Below are positions 51,987-64,000 of a stretch of 64,000 nucleotides of DNA, in pieces. The position numbers and the translations under genes are program-made. Numbering within the stretch: position 1 is the stretch's first letter; each line of letters starts with the position of its first letter. Under the pieces are notes generated by a model. That model saw only the letters and a program-made list of their open reading frames with translations, did no database searches and was not told the DNA's origin. Origin of the DNA: Octopus vulgaris (lineage: Eukaryota). The stretch covers positions 212,536,001-212,600,000 of the forward strand of contig OX597815.1 in assembly GCA_951406725.2 (NCBI GenBank). Direction: 5' to 3'.

Positions 51987-52269
51987 CATAAATACTACAC
52001 CAATAATACTACACTAATAATAACAGTAAAAAAAAACCTTTTCTTTGCTATACATGAATTTTCTTAATAACCATGAAAGGCAGTTATAACTCAATTAGTT
52101 GTACTACACTGCTTCGATAACCATTTAAAAAAACCTAATCTTGCATAACCTATAAATATAAATATACATATACAATATATATAATTTATATATACATATA
52201 TATATACACACACATACACACATAATCACTGTTTCATATAATAAATACATTATATAATACATGCCTGTG

Positions 52270-52300
<31 letters not shown>

Positions 52301-52523
52301 ATACACCCACACAATCGCTGTTTCATATAATAAATAGATGTCTGTGTGTGTGTGTGTATGTCTATTATATATATATACACACACACACACATTCGCTGAT
52401 TCATATAATAAACACATTATGAAATTTAACTCTTTTACTTCTAAATGTCTTCCTCTCATCTTTGTCTTTGTTTATATTTCACTCACTCTCACACACACAC
52501 ACACTCACACACACACACACACT

Positions 52524-52554
<31 letters not shown>

Positions 52555-53288
52555 CTTAATCTTTGAGATGTAGGTACAAGGCACAAGTATTCACTGTTAA
52601 TTTGCACCACCAAGTAAATCTAAAATACAAATACACCAAATCAAATATAACAAACTGGTAAACAGTTGCCTGACAAACCAACCGATATTCTTATCAAGGA
52701 TCTTAATCTGATTACAGTGAAAGATATCCGGCTAAATTTCCTGGCTTTGAATATTAATAATCTAAGCTACATTCATTACATATACTCCTCTAAGTATTTC
52801 TAGAGAGTCAGGAATACTGAATCTATAATAAAGAAATAATACACTCGATTTTATGGCATACAAGTCAAAATTTTCAGAACAAAATTTACAGCCAAAAAAA
52901 GTAGCTCAAAAGTAGACCAAAAATTCCATACAAAATGCAGCAGAATTTGGAAAGATATTGGTAATGTTTGAATGTTTGCATTATATGTCCATACAATATA
53001 TTGTGTCAACTTGTATGGTGGAAAATACAGTAAAAGCAACACAATATATTCCACTTAATCTATTTATTAAAAGTTTAACACAACTCATATATAAATATGA
53101 AAAGAATGTTTTCTAATTTGGGGAAAAAAATTTAGCTAAATGATAGACAAATATGTAGATTATTAATTTTGCAGTGTTTCACTTGTCTTCCCCGTTGAAT
53201 CTTTCAAAACTATAAACAGGAAATAACATTGTAACGATACAAAGGAAAATTTAAGAAAGAAAACCTGGATGGCTGGTAAACTACTTAC

Positions 53289-53363
53289 CTCTATACACCT
53301 TTCAAATGATAATAAACATTGATGAAAATTAATCCATAAAGTGAAGTCAAGATAAGCACATAC
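53289..53363 (-). other. Probable 75-nt internal exon (5' UTR or coding)
   Basis: Acceptor tgttttcttcttttcag| and donor GAG|gtaagt; open frame VCAYLDFTLWINFHQCLLSFERCIE. Confidence 0.55.
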
Positions 53364-53640
53364 CTGAAAAGAAGAAAACATCTTATCAATAACAGGATTA
53401 TTTCATTCCTTATTTAACAAAACATCATATCTTTCAAGATGAAACAGAAACTCCAAATATCAATATCAAAATTAAAAAAAAAAAAAAACAGTTGTAACTT
53501 CCCACATGCAATGTCCAAGATTCAGAATGGAAATCATGCATATTACAATCCTTTTACACACCAGCATGCAAACCACACACAAATACAACTAAGGATGGAT
53601 ATATCTTAACAAGAATCTTGTTAATATTATATTTGTCCCA

Positions 53641-53860
53641 AAGGCGGAAAACCAGCAGAATCGTTAGCGTGCCAGGTAAAATGTTTTATGGCATTTCTTC
53701 CAACTTTACATTCTGAGTTCAAATGTCACCGGAGTCAATTTTACCTTTCATCCTTTTGGGATTGATAAAATAAGTACCAGATGAACACAAAGGTTGAAGA
53801 AATCAACTTATCCCCTCCCCTGAAATTGCTGGCCTTGTGCCAAAATTTGAAATCAATATT
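53641..53860 (+). mobile_element. SINE family C
   Basis: Family C head, B box and central domain. Confidence 0.8.
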
Positions 53861-54274
53861 ATAATTTTGTCCCACAACTACCCTGGTACATTTATATATT
53901 TTTGCTATAACTGAAAATTTAAAAACCTCAACCTGGGGTCCTCCAAACAGTTCTTTTAATCCCTGAGATTCAACATGATCAATTAGCTCTTTTTCAAACT
54001 AACACTAAATATTTTGATGCTCTCTTTATTGCCTAAGGTAATCCATGACCATTTTCTTCACATTTCCAGCTCAGTGAAATGGGTAATTCAGTAATGTTTA
54101 AACTTCAGACAAAACAGGTATATCAAATACTATACAACATAAATGTCTCGTGTACTAAAATTATCTCCACCTCTATAGCATGTATCATAATTACAAAATG
54201 GCAATTAAGACCAGCACCACTTGAGAAAGGGAGATAATCCATCAAGATTTAAGAATTCTCCATGGTTGACATCA

Positions 54275-54562
54275 CTGGCACTCAGTTGGTTACGGGTGTT
54301 CCAGTTGATCCAACTGATGGAACAGCCTGCTCGTGAAATTAACGTGTAAATCGCTGAGCACTTTAGACATTTAACCTAGTTCTAAATTCAACTTGACACA
54401 GAATGTGATGAGGCCAACTCTTCGAAATATAAGTATTACTCATTTTTGCCAGCTGAGTGAACTGGAGCAACATGAAATAAAGTGTCTGGCTCAACAGACC
54501 GCCAGGAATTGAGCTTACAATCTTACAATCATGAGCCAAGGCCCTAACCGGCAAACCATGCA
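54275..54562 (-). mobile_element. CORE SINE family D
   Basis: CORE domain identical to family B (CAGCTGAGTGAACTGGAGCAAC) with a different 3' tail. Confidence 0.72.
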
Positions 54563-55576
54563 CCTTGACTATAGTTGATATGCCATAAAGGGAAAGGACA
54601 GGTTCATCGTCTGAAGAGAAGAGGACAGTTGTTGACGTGTGTTTCTGATTTGGCTGAAGAACAACAAACAGTATGTATACTGTAAGTGACATCTGATGAA
54701 TTCTGGGCCAAAATAATTAGCTTTCAATAGCTCTTAGTCTACATTTTGTCAACAAGTACCATGTATGTATATGTTCACAGACACACTCACAGGTAAATAC
54801 TTTCTGGCTTGGTACATACTAAAGTCAAGCTTGAATTTATTTAAAATCTCTTTTTTTCTGTCTTCGACTGGTTTCTGATATCAGTGGAAAACAGAAATAA
54901 TTTTCCCCTAGGAAGAAGAGGAAGAGAACAAGGAAAATAAACCATTGATAATTAACTAAATTAACTAATCAAATAGGCCTAAGGGGTTGAGGGGTTGTTG
55001 TTTTGTGGTCTCTCCACCATTCCCAAAAATAATAAAATGTATCAAAAGTTTTTTTTTTAATTTGTTACAATAGGAACATCGTGATATTCCAGAGAAGATC
55101 ATCCAACTCAAAGTAGCATGCACAGTTTATGAAGTTATTTCAATAAAGCTTTCGGAAAAGTCAGAAGATGACAAGGTCAAGCAAGACGGAGACGGAAGAG
55201 GAAAAAATCTGAAGCAGTTCAAGTCAATGCACTAACATATTTTTAACAGCTAATTTGAAAAGTTGTTGTTGTTACTGTATGTTCTAAGGCGTAATAGACA
55301 ATCCAGACAATCTAAAATAAAGTACCAATCAAGTACTGGAATTGATGGCTTCAACAAGACCCTTCTCTTTAAATTGCTCACTTTCTGCCTAAATAAGAAA
55401 ACATTATATGATAGCAAAGTACTATGGCCAAGCAAGAAAAATAACATCAGACGCCTATGTTCAAAGTGAATAAGTTATACCCTGCTGTAGGCAGTGTTTT
55501 GTAATTCTGCACAATACATCTACATAATTGAAGTTTTATGTCAATTAAAGAAATTAACATCATCTTTATCTTGGTT

Positions 55577-55977
55577 CTAGCAGTATAGCCCGGTGTTGCT
55601 CAGGTTTGTTTTCTTTTCGACCCTTTAGAATTGGAATTTTTGAAAAGTAAAAATTTTGCATTATGTAGCTTGTTATTCTCTTTAAGTGAACATTTTTCTG
55701 GTTGAAATACACCGAAAAATGACAACACAGCAGTCAAAAACATCGTAAAAAATAGGGATTTTCATAGAAAAAAGCACCTTGTTGATGTAAATAATTTTTG
55801 GTGTTAACATGGTCCGATTTGAATTTTTTTCTTTTACAGAATGAAGAGCAAGCCTTCTTCTATTATACTCTCAACTTTGGTCAACTTGCGCTGCAGGGTC
55901 TCGGAGGAGATAGTGTTAGTTGAAGGCTACCAAACCTGCCACACACACACAGACAACTTCAGCTTTATATATATAGA
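55577..55977 (-). mobile_element. Non-autonomous Helitron (same family as 36755-37140)
   Basis: Colinear with 36755-37140; TC and CTAG termini. Confidence 0.85.
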
Positions 55978-57339
55978 TTATTATTATTAAGATGACAAGC
56001 TGGCAGAATCATTCGCAAGCCAGATGAAATGTGTATTTCATCCAGCTTTACATTCTGAGTTCAAATCCCACTAAGGTCAACTTTGTCTTTCCTCCTTTCC
56101 AGTTGAGGACTGGGATTAATGCAATTGACTTAGGCCCCTCCCCTGAAATTTCAGGCCTTGTGCATGTAGTAGAAATGATTACTGTACCTTTCAATAAGTT
56201 TGGATAGAAAGCCTCACTTGCATAAATCTTTTTGCCTAAAAAGACATGCAGCTCAAAGTGAATAATGCTATGACTCATATTTCATCTATTATTACTCCAT
56301 TTAGCCTTCTGTGTGAAAAAGTTTCCCCTAACCACCACATGGCATCTCATTGAACTGACATTTTCTATTGTCTTTCAAGTTGTATTCTAATGTTTTAATA
56401 CTCTTTTGTCACAAAACCCTTAGTCATTCCTTTTGTTTTATGTCATCAGACTATTAAAAAACAAAAGAGCTGCTTTTATCTGTGGGCAGGGAGGAGCGGA
56501 GGACAACTCTTTCTTAATTTGTCTTTATTTTTTTTTATTAGACAGTTTTGTAAATATGAAAATAGTGATTTTATAGTTCTCGACCAAACAGATTTATATG
56601 TAAATGATTTTTCAACACCTGCTTATACAACGCTCTAAATCTTATTTATTTTTGTTATTAGGGTTGAGTGGTGTCAAAAGGAAGGCCCAAAAACTAGCAA
56701 CTATCTGATATACGGAGCTTTCAACAGGTAACACATCTGCAAGTTGTTTGCAAAAAGATCTCTAATTACTCACTTAACTCACCTAACGCTGCTGATATAT
56801 ATGTATTCCTTATAAGGTTTCAAGAGAATCTACTTCTGCAGATACATCTGAGGATAGATCTTGTACATCAGACTAGGATTTAATTCCTATTTCCATCATA
56901 GAATTCATAACTAATAGTGTAGGAGTCTCACTGCATGGCACCAAGGACAGGTGTTTTCTGCCACAGCCCCACACTGACCAAAGCCTAGTGAGTGGATTCA
57001 GAGAGATGGCTAAATACAAAATCCATGACCTTACATTCAGTTAGCAGCCAAGATTTGTTAGCATATCGTTATGTGACTATTTGCTAATGAAGAAGCTAAT
57101 AAGCAAAAAATTTAGAACTAGTAATTTCGTCACCGCTCCTAGGTAACTTCCACCTGTTACTGATATTTTTCTGTGCTTTTTAGCACTATACACCTATAAC
57201 AGATACTTGCTCAAGACAAATACCCCAGTTTAGAATTGAGGCTTTCAGTTGTACACACATTCTAAGCATGTGTATAAATTGCTTTGTGTCTCCTGTTTTG
57301 ACATAGTGTGACTGTTGTAAATGAATGCCATTCATTTCC

Positions 57340-57470
57340 AAAAGAGACCGATAGAATAAGTACTGGACTTACAAAGAATAAGTCCTGGGGTCGATTTGCT
57401 CGACTAAAGGCGGTGCTCCAGCATGGCCACAGTCAAATGACTGAAACAAGTAAAAGAGTAAAAAGAGAGA
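57340..57470 (+). mobile_element. 5'-truncated SINE family A tail
   Basis: AAAGAGACCGATAGAATAAGTACTGG...CAGTCAAATGACTGAAACAAGTAAAAGAG. Confidence 0.82.
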
Positions 57471-57874
57471 GAGAGTAAGAGTATGGATTAGTGATAGGAT
57501 GAGACCAGGACACAGAAAATCTCTCTCAATTAACTCTATTTGAACCATGCGAATATAGAAACATGGACATTAACAGAAAAAAAAAACTATCAGGTGCTGG
57601 TCAATTCTAAATTCCAAGGCTGACTTCACTTTACATTCTTCTGTGGCTGATAAAATAAGTACCCATCATGGATGGAGATTGAGGCCGTCAACTAACTAAA
57701 CCTCACCTATACAAATTTGTATTAAGTCTACAACTCAAATAGGCCATGGCGAGATTTGAACTCAGAACTCAAAAAGCAAGGACAAATAAACTGCACCTAT
57801 ACAAATTTGCAGTTAAGTATCAAAGAAACCATAAATTTTTTTTTCTCAGGTCAATAACATAAGGACCAGTTAAG

Positions 57875-58866
57875 TGCAGCACCCAGTGCAAGCTATGGAT
57901 GCACAAGAGGTGCGCTGGAATAATAGAGAGGTTATTAGTAAAGGTAGTGTTTGGATGTTGAAGGTGCACTGGGGCTGTAAAAATAACAGATACTCAGGAA
58001 ATCTATTTTCTCAAATGCCTTGGTGGCTCTTTAGAAGTCATGGATAATTTCTGCTACCTAGGGGACCTAATTAGTTGTGGGGGGGAAGATACACAGAAAG
58101 AGTAATCGCTAGAATAAGAATAGGATGGAGAAAATTAAGAGAGCTTTCACCTCTGTTGGCAATCAAAAGTCTCTCTCTCCAAGTGAAAGAAAGACTGTAT
58201 GATGCATATATATGAACAGCAATGTTATATGGTAGTGAGATGTGGGCCTGAATGCAGAGACATGCAAAAGCTAGTGAGGCATGAAGCTAGAATGCTCTGC
58301 CAAATCTGTGCAACATCAGCGTACATGTGTGACAGAGTGCTAGGGTATTGAGAGAAAAGCTCGGCATAAAGCGAATTAGATGAAGTGTGTAAGAGAGGAG
58401 ACTGAGCTGGTTGGTCATGTGATTGCATGGATGTAGACAGTTGCATATAGAAGCACTGATCACTTAAAGTGGATGGAACTTGTGGAAGAGGAAGACCCAA
58501 GAAGACACAGGACAGAGTACTGAAGGTTGATCTTAAGGCACTGGGCCTTATGAAGGAGATGACGAAGGACTGAGATATCTAGCATCTTACTGTACTCAAA
58601 AAGACCCACCGGCCACAGAAGGGCTAATACCAGTGCTGGTGTCACATGTGGTGCAGGTGCCACATAAAACACATTTGTGCTGGTGCCACATAAAAAGCAC
58701 TTGTGCTGGCACCACTCTGTGGACTGATTGACATTAGGAAGGGCATCCAGCCACAGAAACCCTGCCAGAAAAGACAATGGCACTGGTGTGGCCTGCAGCC
58801 TTACTAGCTCTGGTCAAACTATTCAACCTATGCCAGCATGGAAAATGGACATTAAATGATGATGAT
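57875..58866 (+). mobile_element. RTE LINE 3' portion (decayed ORF end plus family R 3' UTR)
   Basis: CTQCKLWMHKRC zinc-finger, FCYLGD, ARIRIGWRK, MLYGSEMW and RGRPKKT motifs, followed by minisatellite and (GAT)n tail. Confidence 0.88.
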
Positions 58867-58969
58867 ACCAGTCATCAAATTTAGGGTCTTAGGCTGAGGC
58901 CAGAAATCATCATCATCATTATTATTATCATCATCATCTATTATTATTATTATTGTTATTATTATTATT

Positions 58970-59166
58970 AAGGCAGCGAACTGGAGAAATGCTTAGAAGC
59001 ATCTCTTCCAAATTTACATTCTGAGTTCAAATTCCACCGAGATCAACTCTTTGTTTCATTTTTTCAGGGTCAATGAAATAAATACCAGTTAACCACTGGG
59101 GTTGATGTAATTGATTAGCCCCCACCTCCCTATTTTCAGGCCATGTGTCCATTGCAGAAAAGATTA

Positions 59167-59199
<33 letters not shown>

Positions 59200-59464
59200 G
59201 GTGACAATTCACCATCTACATTTTGAGTTCAAATGCCACCAAGGATTATTATTATTAAGACAGTGAGCTGGTAGAATCCTTAACACACCAGAGAAATGCC
59301 TAGCAACATTTCTTCCAGTTTTATGATCTGAGTTCAAATTCCACTGAGGTCAACTTTGCCTTTCATCTTCTCAATCAAGCATTGGGGGTCATGTAACCAA
59401 CAAATCCCCTCCACCAAAATTTCAGGTTTTGTGCCCAAAATAGAAAGGACTACTACTACTGCTG

Positions 59465-59495
<31 letters not shown>

Positions 59496-59950
59496 GAGCT
59501 AGCAGAATTGTTGGCATGTCAGAGAAAATGCTTCACAGTATTTCTTCTTCTGCCTCTTTTATGCCCCAAGTTCAAATCCCACCAAGGACAACTTCGCTTT
59601 TCATCCTTTCAGAATTGATAAAATAAGTACCAGTTGGACCCTGGGGTCAACTTACCCTCTCCTCATTAATTTGCCTGCTATGCATCAAAACTTGAAACTA
59701 CTACTACTACTACTACTACTATTACAGCAGTAAACTAGCAGAACCATTAGCACTTTGGACAAAATGCTTAGTAGCAATTTTGGTTTTGCATTGGTCCATC
59801 ACTACATTCTGAGTTCAAATTCTACCATGGTCAATTTTGCCTTTCATCCTTTCAGGGTCAATAAAATAAATACCAGCCGAGCACCGGGGTCAATGCAATC
59901 AACTTATCCCCTCCCCCAAAATTGCTGGCCTTGTGCCAAAATTTAAAACC
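58970..59950 (+). repeat. Head-to-tail array of ~5 SINE family C copies
   Basis: Units start at ~58970, 59198 (partial), 59257, 59494 and 59725, separated by (ATT)n or (ACT)n. Confidence 0.82.
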
Positions 59951-60416
59951 ACCATTGTTGTTGTTGTGGAAGTGTCAGAGAAAGCTACAACTAAAGAGAT
60001 TGAGTAGTTGTTTCTATGCTTTTATGGATCTGTCCAGTTGTATTTCTTTAAAACATTGTTAAACCAATGAGAGTACATAATTAAAATATTGTCTGTCTCT
60101 TAAGACATTTCTCCAAGAAGCAGATTTTGAGTAATTCTGTAATATATTCCATGGACCTGTTTGAAAATGAGCAACTGCACTTGTAGAGCTACTTGGTAAA
60201 GATAAAGCGCAAAGAATATTCCCATAAGAAAGCATACATAACAAGGTTGTTAATATTGTTATAGACATTAATAGCCTTAATTGTCTTATAATTAATTAGT
60301 ATTAATTATACTACACTTATTGTTCATCAACTTGAAGCATGGAGAGAATATGAAGAGGAAAAAGATTGTATAAACGAAGCATATATATATATATAGCAAG
60401 AACTGCATGCAGCATA

Positions 60417-60454
<38 letters not shown>

Positions 60455-61350
60455 CATATATATGTGTGTGTGTGCATGAAAAATTCTGCAATACTCAAAA
60501 GTATTACGTTTAATGGAAAATGGAACATCAAAGTTAAAGAAACTCAGCAATGATGATGATGATGATGATGACGATGATGATGATGATAGAAAGCAACAAC
60601 AACATCAACAAAAAAGCATGTTGCAACAAAATTCTAATGAAAAATGATATCATTTGATGCATAGCAAACACTCATGCTGAGGAGGAAATAATCTTAACTG
60701 CTAACTCATGCATTTGTCTTTCTTTCTTTTTTTTTTTTTTTTTTTTCGTTCTACCTGCTCAGGAACCAGGATGGCTTTTGATGGAGGTGATGGTTGAGGT
60801 GGTGGTGGTGGTGGTGGTTGGTTGGTTGGGATGGTTGTACAATCAAGTCAGTGGCTCTTCATAAACCAATAACTGGTATGATGGTGATACCAAAAATGAG
60901 TTCAGATTCAGAAAGAAATTTATACAAAGAAAAAAATATATATAGAACCACAAAAGAATAGAAAGAAGTGAAACATCTAAATTATTGGTCAAGATGCTTA
61001 AAATACAAAAAAAAAAAAAAAAAAAAGATCTCTACTAAATAAGGACTAGAGCAAGACAATAAAACTAAACACTAAATAATCTTAGAAATATTATTATCAA
61101 TCCAATTTTATTGATTGGAAAGTAATAGAATCATGAGAAGTGTTTAAAAATGAAACAAAATTCAGCAATCACCTGCAACTTAGTAAAGTGGTAGAGCTAT
61201 TGTAGCCAATAAAGACACACATTAAACTGATATACATAGCAAGGGAGCCTCTAAGTGGTCGCTCAACTTGCTAGAAATAGCAACCAACTCTCCCTCAAAT
61301 CACACTCTACTTTAAACATGAAAGAGATGTTTGATAATGAAAGTTTAGAT

Positions 61351-61600
61351 CAGTGTTTCTCGACCTTTGTTTTGTTTTTTGTTTTTTTTTTCCTATGGAC
61401 CCATTCATTCTTATTTCATTCAGATGGACTCTCCTAGTCATTCTATGTTTAAAAACGTTATATTACATTTTCATGATTAAATATTATTAGGAATTGTCTA
61501 AAAATATTAAACTATTTTGAAGTAAAACCAATTTATTGGACATAAACTTTAACAACAAAATCTTATAAAGACTTCCAATGGCCATAATCGAGAACCAGTG
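61351..61600. mobile_element. hAT-like MITE
   Basis: CAGTGTTTCTCGA / TCGAGAACCAGTG ends; TSD GTTTAGAT / GGTTAGAT; related to 62430-62690. Confidence 0.75.
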
Positions 61601-61829
61601 GGTTAGATAAAATGGCTGAAAATAAAATGGTAGAGTCATGGCCAGAATGCTTTGATTATATTTGCACTCATTTAGAGCTGACTTTTACAACAACACAAAC
61701 ACTGATATGTTCACTTTTAACTAATTATTTATAACAATATCACTGTACAGTGATAACAGCAAATAACTACAACAATATGTTACAAGAACACTTTACAGGC
61801 AGAATTGAAGAAGGTCTTAAGAAGAAACC

Positions 61830-62228
61830 ACTGGCACTTGTGCCCCGTGCTAGTAGGGTGCTAAGAGCACCATCCGAGCGTGATCGTTGCCAGAGCGGCT
61901 AACTGGCTCCCATGCCGGTGGCACGTAAAAGGCACCATTCAAGCGTGATCGTTACCAGCGTCGCCTTACTGGCACCTATGCCGGTGGCATGTGTAAAAAG
62001 ATTCGAGCGAGGTCGTTGCCAGTACCACCTGACTGGCCCCCGTGCCCGTGGCACGTAAAAGCACCCACTACACTCTTAGAGTGGTTGGAGTTAGGAAGGG
62101 CATCAAGCTGTAGAAACTCTACCAGATCAAGATTGGAGCCTGGTGCAGCCATCTGGTTCGCCAGTCCTCAGTCAAATCATCCAACCCATGCTAGCATGGA
62201 AAGCAGACGGTAAACGATGATGATGATG
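61830..62228 (+). mobile_element. Family R copy
   Basis: Reverse complement of 8289-8700. Confidence 0.88.
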
Positions 62229-62229
62229 A

Positions 62230-63900
62230 AATATCAGTCTACTGTTGGACAGATCTTGGCAGTCAAAAGACAGAGTAAAGAAGAATCAGGACCATATATC
62301 TGCAGGCAGTATTACCATTTGTACACTTGTCAAAATGTTTTGACTGTCCACTGAGGCAAAAAAACTGGAGCAAATTCTTCTTACCTGTGGTATACTTTAA
62401 ATAGTAGTAGCAGTAGTAGTGATGCTCTACAGTGATTCTCAACCATTTTTACCTATGAACCCCTTGGATTCCCGTTTTACTCAGGTGGACCCCCATAGTA
62501 ATTCAATATTTAAAAAATCCTATTGTATTTTTATAATTAAATATTATTCGGAATTGTAATAAAAAAAAAAAGATTGTGAAAATATTTTATGTATTGTAGA
62601 AATATAACCAATTTAAAGTACATAAATTTTAACAAGAAAATCTTACATGGACCCCTAAAGGTCATTAGGGGCCCTGGTTGAGCCCTACTATTCTACAAGA
62701 ACACACAGACTAAAATATGATCATCTGATAGCTTCTTTGATATCAATGCTGGAGTCCAACATGGTGTTATACTTGTTCAATCCCTATTTCTCATCCGCTA
62801 TGTCTTTCACACTTTGATTGAAAAGATTAATGAACATCGTTTCACTCTGACAAAATCCACCTTCCCTCATCAACCAGGTAATAATAATAACAGATGTAGC
62901 TCATGTTGATGATAATTACTCTCTTCATACTCGCTTCTGTAATTAACTTCTACATGACCTTGGAAAAGCAGCAGAAGATATTGGTCTATATTTTAATGCC
63001 TCAAAGACTGAATATATCTGCTACTATCAAAAGGGCTCAATAAGCACAATCAACAGATTTTATTAAAAATCTGTGGACTCCTTTGTATACTTAGGAAATA
63101 ACATTATATCTACAGAAAAGATTGTAAACATTTGTCTCACCAAAGCATGGGCTGTTCTTGGAGACTTCAGTGTCACTTAGAAATTATCACTACCAGTTGA
63201 TCTTAGAACTTTGTTTTTTCTATGCCGGTGGCACGTAAAAAGCACCAGCCGTTCATGGCCGTTGCCAGCCTCGCCTGGCCCCCATGCCGGTGGCACGTAA
63301 AAAGCACCATCCGTTCTTGGCCGTTGCCAGCCTCGCCTGGCCCCCGTGCCGGTGGCACATAAAAAGCACCATCCATCCGTGGCCATTTGCTAGCTCTGTC
63401 TGGCACCTGTGCGGGTGGCACGTAAAAAGCACCCACTATACTCACAGAGTGGTTGCGTTAGGAAGGGCATCCAGCCGTAGAAACACTGCCAGATCAGACT
63501 GGGCCTGATGCAGCCTTCTGGCTTCACAGACCCCAGTTGAACCGTCCAACCCATGCTAGCATGGAAAGTGGACGCTAAATGATGATGATGATGATGATGT
63601 CACTGTGAAATCAGTGCTGCCATATAGATCAATTGCTTAGACACTCAACAAACACCTGGAGGATGCTGTTACTGGCCATTCTGAGTATTTTATGGGTAAA
63701 GCATCCTACCAAAGACAGTCTTCTTGCAGTCACTGATGTGAAAGAATTCATTAGTGACACAGTCTTATGGACATGCCAACATAGATATAAACTGATCAGG
63801 TGCCCTGCAGAAGCCTTCATCAACTATTCTACACATGAAAGAGATGTTGTCCTGCTGACCGCCAGATTGCAATGAGGGTTTGTGCCGATGGCATGATCAA
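62230..63900 (+). mobile_element. Decayed RTE-type reverse transcriptase interrupted by a hAT MITE (62430-62690) and a family R copy (63221-63599)
   Basis: STVGQIL, FFDINAGVQHG, ITDVAHVDD (YADD equivalent), IGLYFNASKTEY and FVYLG in broken frames. Confidence 0.8.
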
Positions 63901-64000
63901 ACCAAACATATATTTAATGTAAAAAATTTTCTTAACCAAATATGACTTGCTTAATAACAATTGCAGATTGGAAGGTGTTTATAAGCCATTTAAGAAACAC

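Noticed and set aside
54693-54720. CTGATGA hammerhead core (also minus strand near 6055)
   Set aside because: No helix II or GAAA in the correct position.
60700-60870. Plus-strand branch point, poly-T and CAG acceptor
   Set aside because: Followed by (GGT)n low-complexity sequence and early stops; no other plus-strand exons found.
63221-63433. CRISPR-like repeat/spacer pattern (also 8460-8820 and 43905-44280)
   Set aside because: The apparent spacers are homologous to each other, so these are tandem units. The context is a eukaryotic RTE 3' UTR and there are no cas genes.

Overview
AT-rich, repeat-dense eukaryotic DNA with no prokaryotic features. The SINE, LINE and microsatellite content points to an octopod cephalopod (Octopus-like); this is an inference. 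Most of the window reads as long introns of a minus-strand gene. Only two convincing exons are visible: a 75-nt exon (53363-53289) and an exon (33654-33341) carrying a probable start codon (MPRSKKRSRQKKNK..., product unidentified). The rest is nested transposable-element debris: several tRNA-derived SINE families; RTE, CR1 and R4-like LINE fragments; mariner, Chapaev-like, hAT, piggyBac-like and Tigger-like DNA elements; non-autonomous Helitrons; and long microsatellites. The most notable item is a TSD-flanked element at 17921-18200 that fuses a tRNA (Pol III) head to a Penelope-type minimal hammerhead ribozyme, with further degenerate hammerheads elsewhere. Also notable are a CR1/SINE 3' stem-loop pair with compensatory changes and a self-inserted MITE forming a ~430-nt hairpin. 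Repeat boundaries were read by eye and are approximate unless TIRs or TSDs are quoted.
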